A stretch of DNA of 60,082 nt, the filler included, from Bipalium vagum (lineage: Eukaryota), in NCBI GenBank assembly GCA_037834085.1. It is 3 parts of 3 records of this genome, joined end to end, with 100 filler letters (N's around TTAATTAATTAA, not from the genome) between each part and the next. Parts side by side here need not be neighbours in the genome. Positions count along the whole stretch, not along the records: positions 43,445 to 60,082 come from JBBMKC010094677.1; 2 more parts are not named here. One strand, written 5' to 3'. Below are positions 50,350 through 60,082 of the stretch, piece by piece; position 1 is the first letter of the stretch; each line of letters begins with the position of its first letter. The position numbers were made by a program, and so were the translations under genes. The notes beneath the pieces were generated by a model, which was not told the origin of the DNA, did not search any database, and saw only the letters and a program-made list of their open reading frames with translations.

Positions 50350-50899
50350 TGTGTGGACTCACGTGCAGGTCTCACTTTTTTAAAATTGTAATGTATACTT
50401 TTGAGCTGAGTCTATCTTTTTCATTGGCAAAATCTGACATTTATTTTGACTGCTAAATGCGTATGTGAAACAGAATGCATAAAAGATGTAATTATTTTAA
50501 AAACCAATTGAAACCTGGGACTCTATGTTAATTCAAGCTCAATTAGTGTTTTGAAATCAAAACTTAACAATTATTTCTTTTTCTGCTTACTTAGAAATGC
50601 TTCTTGCACACCTCTCTCCTTTTCAGATTTCTTGATTTACTGAACATATGAAACAGTTGTGATTCTAAGATAGATTTCAGGGGTATTAGGTTAGGACCAG
50701 TTTTTACGGGTCATAAGTAATAAGAATAATAATCATAAAAATATTTTAATAAAAGATGTAACATTAATTTATAGCAAATTAATCATGAAAAACAAATAAA
50801 GATATTTATTTAGTATTAGGAATATGAGTTCATCTAGTACGGTCTGAATTAGTTAAAGATAGACAAAGTAAGTAATTAATTATGATGTTAAGACTATTA

Positions 50900-51862
50900 A
50901 TAAGGTGGTTGGAAAGTCTTTAAAATAATTTAAGATAAACCAAAAAAATTATTATATGTATAAAACAAGATTTTATTCTTTAAAATATAGTCCAATGTGC
51001 TCTATAGTCTTCTGGCATATTTTCTCAAGCTGGTTGATTCCTCTGGCAACCATACACTGTCTATGAAAGCGAAAATTTCTCGACAGTCATTGACTAAGGA
51101 AGGATAATGGGTCCTCAAAGCTTCAAGCAAACGTTCTAATCGCACTGAATAGAGTTCGCATTGACGGCTAACCAAATTTGAAGAAGCTCAAAATGCACTA
51201 TTCCCTTGTAATTCTACCAAGAGAAGAGAAGAACCTTTTTGCAAAGCGTTCTCTTTTTGGTACTACAAGAGCTTGTTGATTTAAATCGAGCCACTGATTT
51301 TCCCTGTTATAGTTGGTAAAATAAATCCATTTTTTTTATCGGAAGTGATGATTCGTTCAAAAAACCGTTAATCTCATGGATTGCATAACAATTTTGAAAA
51401 ATTTTGATCCTTCGCTTTTGTTTCTCATAGGTCAATTCATGAGAAATTTCCTTATATAGTTTGCTAATTTTTTCCAGCCTATACAAATGGTCATGGACTG
51501 TTGATTTGATCAAATGTAGTTCTCCTGAAAGTCTTCATTGACTTGTAATTGGGTTTGCTTCAACAGCTTGTCGTATGACCAACAGCCTTACATATATTTC
51601 AACTAGCTTCAGCAGCAGAACGACCCAGCTGGAACTCATGGAGCAAACGTTTGCAAATTTGTTTTATTTGTAATATTCATTCTAACATTTATAAAAAATT
51701 AGTTTAATAAATCAAAGGGTTTTTATTCATACACAGTACTAATCGCCATGAAATGGGCTTTTCATAGATGTCTAAATCGATAAAGAAATAAAAGAAATAT
51801 TTTTAATAGATTTAATAATTATTATGCAAAAAATAAGGCCGCGAATTTGGTTTACAACCTAA
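50900..51862 (-). mobile_element. decayed mariner
   Basis: KSTVHDHLYRLEK...ISHELT; 3' GINQLEKICQKTIEHIGLYF remnant; terminus TA-TTAGGTTGTAAACC. Confidence 0.75.
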
Positions 51863-51864
51863 TA

Positions 51865-53126
51865 CAGGGTCTTCCAAAAGAACCATAACTACTTTTAACA
51901 TATTAAATACTAAGTAGTTTTTGTTTAAATAAATTAATATTTAACATTAATCTAGCTAAACATTTAAAAATTAAATATGGATCGTTATAATATTCAACAA
52001 CGGACAGAAATATTCAAAATATTTTATCAAAGGTAGTTCAATTTCAGTAACCGTTAAAAATTTAATTGCAAAATTTGGGAAAAACAAATGTCCATCAAAA
52101 CCAACAATTTACAGTCTGGTTAATGCTTTTGAAGTATTTGGCTCAGCAGCAGATAGACCAAAATCTGGACGACCTCGTACACCTGAAAATATTGCAAGTA
52201 CACTAGAAAGCATTGAAGACAATAAATGCACCTCAATCAGTCATAGAGCACACGAATTAAACCTTTCAAAATCCAGTTTGTCGCGGAAAATGCATGAAGA
52301 TTTGCATATGAAAACCTATAAGCTTACCGTAGTTCAGAAGTCTAAGAATCAGACCATTAAAGTTACCTGAATTATTGTAAGTGGTTGTTAGAAAAATCAA
52401 TTGCGGATTCTCATTTTTGGAAAAAAATCATTATGAGTGATGAAAGTCATTTTCACTTGAGTGAAGGTGTTTTTAATAAACAAAATTGTTGAATTTGGGC
52501 AACAAAGCAACCCTATGTTTTGAAGGAAGAAGCATTACATTAGCCAAAAGTTACTGTATGGTGTGGAATGTGGGCAAGAGGTGTAATTGGTCCATACTTT
52601 TTCGAAAATGCTGCAGGTAAAACAGTTACAGTAACCGGAGAGAGATATCGACACATGATAGAAACATTCCTTAAGCCTTATTTGAATGATTTGAATAAGA
52701 GAATATTTACTTTCAGCACGATGGTGCCACATTCTATACAAATTGAAAAAAATTGCATTATTACACAAAACCTTTCCATCTGGCGTGATCTCACCTTTCG
52801 GTGATGTTGATTGGCCTCCCAGATCTCCCGATTGACGGCTCCAGACTATTTCTTATGGGGATCTCTAAAAGATAAAGTTTATATTAATCAACCAAAAACT
52901 ATTATACAAATCAAAGACAACATTTCGGAACAAATCGCTATGAGCTCAATTGACTTATGCCAAAAAGTTATGCAAAATTCCATAAAATAGCCGAAACTTG
53001 TAAGGCTGCCAATTTGTGTAACATCTGTGTTTAAATAAAGGTATAAATAAAATTACTTGGCTTTTTAATTTTTATGTACGGAGAAATAGCGGCTTAAAGT
53101 AGTAAAGCTTCTTTTGCAAGACCATG
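51865..53126 (+). mobile_element. rosa/DD41D-like element, near full length, frameshifted
   Basis: TIRs CAGGGTCTTCCAAAAGAA / TTCTTTTGCAAGACCATG with TA flanks; MDRYNIQQRTEI, IMSDESHFHL, WCGMWARGVIGPYFFE, QHDGAT, WPPRSPD..APDYFLWG; second and third Asp 124 nt apart (about 41 codons). Confidence 0.88.
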
Positions 53127-53128
53127 TA

Positions 53129-54235
53129 TTAGGTTTATGCATTGAAAGTCACCTTTTTTTTTACAAATTTGTTTCTTTATTTAATAAGTAATATAAAAAT
53201 TAAGTTAACATAAAACGTGAAAGATAATTTATTCAAAATATTTTTCATTGTTAATAATGATTTTCTCCAATTTTGCAGGAAGCGGATGAATTCCTTGTGA
53301 AATAAATCGGCATCTTTGGTGGCTCTCAAATCAGTGATCCATTTTACACCTTCCTGGAAGGGTTGGAAGCGTTTCTTGAAAATCGAATGTATCATCAACC
53401 AAAACAGATGATAGTCAGAAGGGCAGCAGTCTGATGAATAAGCCACGTGGTGTAGCATATCCCATCAAATAAATTCAATTTTTTTTCTGAACTTGTTTGT
53501 TGACGTGCAACCAAGTGTTTTCATGGACGAAAATTACTTCATGTTGCCTTTTCCAATATTCTGGTCTACCTTTCAGCAATGCCTGGCTCAGACACATTAA
53601 TTGTTCTTGGTACAACTCCTCTTAGAAACGCATGATGAATCACATAATTTTGGTCCCACCAGATGCTTAGGGGATCATTTTTTATATGGCTGTTCCTCTT
53701 AGATGTTGCTTTGGCTAGCTCTCCAGGATCGCAAAATTGTTTTTTCGAAGGAAATCCACTTTTTATCACCCGTAATAATTCAGTGCAGGAGACTTTCCTT
53801 TTTTCGTGCAAGGAAAATATTATTTGTGAATTTACATCTTTCCATATCTTTTACCTTCAGCTCGTGTGGTACTCACATTCCTTCTTTGTATACCTTTCCC
53901 ATGGCTTTTAGATGTCGGCTAATTGAAGATTGAAAAGCATTTAATGATTTAGCAAGATTAGTTAGAGTTGAGCACGGATCTTCAGCCAACAATGCTTCCA
54001 GGTCTTGATCTTCAAACATATTCGTTTTTCCGGGGCACTCTTTATCTTCCAACATAAATTCGACTTTTTGGAAAAATGTAAACCATCTTTTGCAAGCGAC
54101 TCTTGATAGAGCATTATCCTCGTAAGTCCAAACAAGGATTCTGTAAGCTTTTATAGCAAAATAAATAGCATCACCTCGCGCAAATGTTGCTTATTTGGTA
54201 TAGAAACCGCCATTTGAAAAGGATAAAAATAAGAT
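53129..54235 (-). mobile_element. decayed mariner (mauritiana-like)
   Basis: MAVSIPNKQHLRE start, VPHEL, LSIWWDQ, HVAYSSDCCPSDYHLF. Confidence 0.88.
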
Positions 54236-54238
54236 ATA

Positions 54239-55166
54239 TTAGGTCGTAAAATAATTTTTCGTGATTTTTTACAATATATAAAATGAAGTAATTAAAGCAG
54301 CTTATTTACAAATAATAATGAAAATCATTTGATAACATAATTTCCGACATTGTTTATAACCTTCTCCCATCTTTCCATTAATTTTTCAAAACCCTTATTC
54401 CATAAATTGTTAGATTTTCTCTGAAAGAAATTTGTGATCCAAATTTTAAGATCATCCTCGTTCTGAAAAGTATTAATTTTCATTTGGTTTGACAGCGAGA
54501 GGAAAAGATTAAAAAAATAGTTGGGGCAAGATCCGGAGAATACGTAGGCTGCGGAAGAATCTCCCAGTCGAGCTCTTGCAGAGTGGTTTTGGTAATATTT
54601 TCTGTGTGTGGTCTGGCGTTATCATAGAGAAGAATCACTTTATACTGATATTTCGTTTATACGATTATTTTTATACGTTTATACGTTTATTTCGTTTATA
54701 CTGATATTTCACTTTAATAATGTCTTTTACTCGATACCATTGGTTTATCTATAGAAGCTTCTCGACTGTCGTGCCTTTTGTTACCATTTCCCAGTGTATC
54801 AGACTAAACACAGATCATAATTTTTTTATACAACTCTGGTTTAATTCTGAACGTACCTATTCAACCAGGAGCCACCCACTCCTTCTTATACTTTATTTTT
54901 GTATACAGACTACATTTTTCATCCCCTGCTATGATTCCATGAAGAAAACGCTCTTTGTGGCCGCATGTTGCCTGTTATCTGGCAAGATTTTGAGCTGCAA
55001 TTTTTAAACGACTTTCTCTGATTTTTTCATTGAACCGATATGGTATACAGAAACCAATTTTTTGAGAATAACCATTTGATTTTAGGTGACGGAAGACTGT
55101 CATTTGATTGTCCGTCCGAAATTTCTTGTGCAATCCTGAATTCGCATATCCGGTACTCAACCACAT
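54239..55166 (-). mobile_element. decayed mariner, 5'-truncated
   Basis: LYDNARPHT, WEILPQPTYSPDLAPT, TVFRHLKSNGY. Confidence 0.85.
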
Positions 55167-56439
55167 CGGAAGTTATTATTGTGCGGAAGCAACAATTCTT
55201 ACGAGTGACTGTGAGAATGGCTTCAAGTGGTATCTATATTGCTATAAATATTGGTACACAATATCTGACATCAAAGGGCACTATTTGATCCAGTTGGCTT
55301 TGTAAGCCAATTCCTGACGGTATATACGGAACGTTTTCGGCCAATTCTCTTCTTGGATTACGTCCGATTCTCAATTTTCTTTCTTCTTGGGTCTCCATAT
55401 TTCCATTTTCTGCAGATAATCTGAATTATCATTAATCTGGTTAGTTAAAATTCCCGATCCAACTCTACTGATATCTCTGTTGATAATGTAATACGAATTC
55501 TTCTATTCGAACTTCTTTCATCTTATCTGAATATATTATCTTTCCGGTACTTAAAATTTATTTCTTTGCTCCAATACTTGAAGTAAATAAAATCTATCAC
55601 TGGAACATTTATAACCAAACAAATCATCTGTTGATTATCTGTTTTCGTATATTTCAATTTATTTGGCAGTTTCCACTTCCGGAAATCATGTTAAATTTCC
55701 ATTATTTTTGTGGAATCAAGCTCGTAAGAGTGAGATTCCACTCATGACTGAACCTTATTCTTCATTTTGTAAATGAAGAGTTTTCTGTTATCTACTGTGT
55801 CATATAAATAGTTGTTTTTTAATTCTTCTTGGAAAATAAAGAAGGGAAACAATATCACAACAATATTCGTATGAATGTACTCCATCTTTCATTACTTTGT
55901 TACTAGTTGGTAATAACTGATCTTCTTTAAATATACAAGAAAATATATATTGAAAAACAATCAACCATACGTCTTCAATAAGATAATAGTAAAGAGATAC
56001 CTTTTATGATACCTTTTATAGAGAATCATGAGACACGAAAAAATAGCAATTTAAATTTCCTCTATATTTCGAAATGGTTGAAATAGTTGCTTAAAGAGAA
56101 ATAGAAACAGGAGAAATATCGGTAGGATATGGATCATGTGGTAAAACTTAAAATTTCAATTCATAGAATTTTCGCGGGTGATTTATGATGTGTATGGATG
56201 TACATTATCGTGGAGTAACGCTATGTTATTTCTATGGATGGGTGTTCTGGATACGCATTATTTTTCACATGTTATCTGACCATTGTCCAGAAATTCGTTG
56301 TAAACGATTCCAAGATGAAAATTTTTTAGTATTGGAGTGTGCAGTAACACCTTATTTGATTCATTATTATTTAATTAATTATTAATATTTAGTTATTAAT
56401 AATAAATAAAAAATTGATTTTCGTTCACTTTGTATTAAA

Positions 56440-57568
56440 AAAAAGACAATTTTTACAGAAAAATATTTCTATTAACAAATATTAGAATTATATTCTACAA
56501 TACTTTCTTGTCATCCTTCATTACCTTCTTCAAACCATAATTCCACTTTCGAAAAATATTTATCTATTTTTACCACAAAAATCTGAAAGTGCAAACTGAT
56601 GCTAGAATCTGTGCTGAATGTTTTATCAACTGAAGACTTGTGCAAGAATCTAAATAAATGAAAGTCTGACGGCGACCAAAGATGTGTGACTTTGCATCAT
56701 CATTATGAAGACTACCTTTACTATTTATTAACTCTGGGCGTTTCTTTGCAATCATTCATTCGAATTTGTTATTTGTTCACAAAAAATATTAGAGTTAATT
56801 GTTACATTCCTAGGTTGAATCTCAAGATGACTTACCCCTTTATAATCCTACTATATCGGCAACATATCCTTTCTTTAATGAATATCAGCTTTAGATATTG
56901 TTGGAGATACTTATTCATGCCTGAAACAATATCTTTGAATGTTGTTTTAGACTATCAACGTTTCGTCTCTAGCTTTTAAACCCTTCAAAAGGTCTTTTTG
57001 ATTAAGCTTTAATAGAAAATCACAATTAGTGATGCGTACTACTAATTGTGATTAGATCAAATTATGTGGTACTAAAACATCAAGATTTTTTTAAATAACA
57101 AAATTTTCTCAAGAGATCGACAATAGTTGTTTTTTAAGCATCACATTAAATTGAAGTTCTGTTATATTATGATCAATCATCAATCAGTGCCTTTAGATCA
57201 TCCTTAATAATATTTTCTGGCTGGCAGCGTGCATCGCCTTGAAGGGAAAAATTATTTCTTTAAATTTTTTAATCATTTTTGCATGTTCCAAGTTTTAATT
57301 CATCATTACTGTAAACAACAAATAGTTTCTTATTTGCGTTTGTAACTGCTTATCCTTTATTTTAGAAAAAATAATCAAACTTGGTAGATATGTTCATTTC
57401 CATTATCCATTTTGAAATGTTAAAAAATATAAAATAAATGTTAAATCTGAGAAGCTTAATATTTAAACTTTTAATCTATATATAATCTATATATCTCTTG
57501 TTTACGTGCTCGAAAATCAAACAAACTGATTCATGTAAAAAAGTACAGGAACTTTCCGGCCAACCAAT
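56440..57568 (-). mobile_element. heavily decayed mariner
   Basis: Terminus TATTGGTTGGCCGGAAAGTTCC; IAKKRPELIN..LHNDDAKSH. Confidence 0.7.
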
Positions 57569-60082
57569 AGATATTATGTGAATGAATGATACTCTTGTGT
57601 CACTTAGACAATTTCACATAATAATTCATTTTAGGCCGGGTATTTATTTGGACTATTACTTAGTTACTGTGCTTTCCTATCATGCACATTAAGATTTTCG
57701 ATATTCTAATAAGAATAATTCTGTCTAAAGTGAAACATTATTTTACATCTGCTCTATTAAAAATTATTATTGATTATTAATTATTTAATGCGATGTTAAA
57801 ACAGTTATATTAATAGTTAAACAAAAATTAAAAATTAATTACAAAGAAAATTTATACAAAATTCCTTTGATATTTATGAATTGACCCTAATCTTACTTTA
57901 CCATCTCACTTTGATTAATGAGAAATAATTGCTTTCTCAATAATTTTAATCTTATTTTTACATCTGAAATAAACAGTTTGATAAAATTAAAACTTATTAT
58001 ATCTTTTTCAATAATAAATAATTTTTAGATCCACCTAAATCTTAATAATAATGATAAAATATTTTATGTGTTCAATAAGGCTCACATCCTCGATTACAAC
58101 TTACAATATTACAAAACCAATGTAGTGAGTAGTGAGCAGTGGAGATTTTGTCATATTTTGTGACAAAACGTCAGAAAATTACTGATTTGGTCTTCGCTAT
58201 TGCATGCTTATCGATTTAATGAAAGTTTTAGAATTTCAAATTTGTTTAATTTCGTTACGAACACAAGTATTAAATTTGGAGTCAGATAATTAGCCTGGTT
58301 AATATTAAAATATAAAATGTAATAAAAATAAATAATAAATTCTAATAAATAAAATATTTTTTATTTATATTATTTTTATTTATTATTTTATGCCTAGTGT
58401 TTTTATTTACATCATTGAACTTGGTAATTTTAAGAAAATGTCGATAAGAGTGTAATGCTATCTTAAGCAGAAATATAAATTTTCCAAGAGACATGAATAT
58501 CTGACATTATACAGACATAAATTCAATGAAAGGAAATAATAATAATTAATAGATTTTTTCTTTAGATTTTCAATTAAATAAATATAAGATTTTCTCCTAG
58601 CTCTGAAATTAATATGATTTACTTAAATAATATTTACTGTTGACAATGAAGATAAAACTTAATGATCAAATGAGGAAGAAATATTGAATTTTTGTGAAAA
58701 TGTATTAAAACAAAGAAAATTTTATTGATTAATTGTTTACAATAGAATTGAGTAATATATAATTAATTTACAAACTCATAATCTTTATTGATCTGAATCG
58801 ATTTTTAAAGAAATGATAAAATTAATAAACAACTCTAATAAAAGTTCAGTATATGTAAGACAATGATGATGTTCTCTTTATAAATTTACCGATATAAAAA
58901 GTTTATTCAGTTAAACAAAATTAAATTATTTTCTAACAAAAGGAAGTGGGCAATGTTTGATAAAATTTTGTTTTGGCAATTCATTAAATGGCAACACAAT
59001 CAAACACGTGTAATGAGATAAACCTGGCATTTGCAGCTCCCTGGAAGATATAAAAATAAGTCATGGGTTGTTACCACAGTATTTATTCATTATCTTTTAA
59101 AGTGGCGCAATGGGTTCAAATTTGACAATTTACTTGATAATTAAATGAGATTTTGGTTGAAGTTCTAAATGAACTTGGGAAATCATTCCGAGAGAAGAAA
59201 TGTTACATAAGACAAGAAAACTTGACATTTAATGTTCACATTGATGGAGAATGAAATATTTATCATTTATTGATTCTATTCAAGAATCAGATTAATCCTA
59301 TGGATTTTAACAGTAATTTCATTTGATTAAAACAATAAAAATTACATTTGGAAGAAGATATATAACGTAAATAATAAAAATTAATGTGAAATAATAAATA
59401 ATAATTGCGTAATAAAGTGAAGAGTTTTTCTAAAATAGAGAAATTAATTCAATTTGAAGGAATATTTCAGTTCCATAACCGAAATTCTTAAGTCAATTCT
59501 TAGAAAAGGAAACAAGGAATTAAAAAATATTTATAGATATTTATTATTACCCATACTAATAAATATAAATTATTATTATAGGTAAAAAATATTTAGCAAT
59601 ATTATTTATTATTAATTATTAAACTTATAAATTAAATGAAGGTAATAAAAAATTAAAAATTATCTCAAAAGTAAAAATATAACAATCAATAATTTTCTAT
59701 AACAGCGTCCATTTATAGAAGAGAGAGATAATCATATCTATAGTAAATATTAATTGTCATAAATATTGATACTAATGGTTTGATCTTTTCCTTTGCAGCC
59801 ATTAATGATAAAATTTTAAACAATATCTGATAAAAATATGAAAAAATAAAAATAAATTGAACATAAAATTTCAATTAAATAATCTTTAACACAAACTCGT
59901 TTGTCTCTCGAAGAGAAGTTATAGTATTGTCTATTAATACAGTTTGATCCAACGAATTGTCCACCCCTTTAAAAAATCCACAAATTTGTAATTTTGGTAA
60001 TAAAGGTTAAATAATTTAACAATTATTTAAATAAAATGTGTTTAAATAAGCTAAATTGTTTATTTTAGCGATATTTTGATTT

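Noticed and set aside
58960-59130. Motif-bearing block (CACGTG, CATTAAA) as an enhancer
   Set aside because: Weak enrichment and no assignable target gene.

Overview
Very AT-rich eukaryotic (animal) genomic DNA with GT-AG introns. A triclad flatworm (planarian) origin is inferred from composition, ~50-60 nt minimal introns, the nou-darake/FGFRL-type gene and the heavy Tc1/mariner load. The window is three contigs (1-27261, 27362-43344, 43445-60082) joined by identical artificial 100-nt N44-TTAATTAATTAA-N44 spacers. It holds three protein-coding genes, all on the minus strand and all probably incomplete at a contig edge: (1) a kinase-less FGFR-like receptor of the nou-darake/FGFRL1 family (3 Ig + TM + long S/T/P/Y-rich tail; signal exon not found); (2) a type II PKA regulatory subunit whose reconstructed N-terminus lacks the dimerization/docking domain and starts Met-Gly-Asn (3' exons not found); (3) a 7-EC protocadherin with its ectodomain in one exon. 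The rest is mostly decayed Tc1/mariner-superfamily transposons and MITEs, plus several GC-richer, motif-dense non-coding blocks in and around the FGFRL gene. Best leads: an apparent extra exon that would truncate the FGFRL after Ig2, the D/D-less and possibly myristoylated PKA-RII, and candidate TCF/Sox/homeodomain enhancers. All exon structures were derived by hand and no database searches were run.
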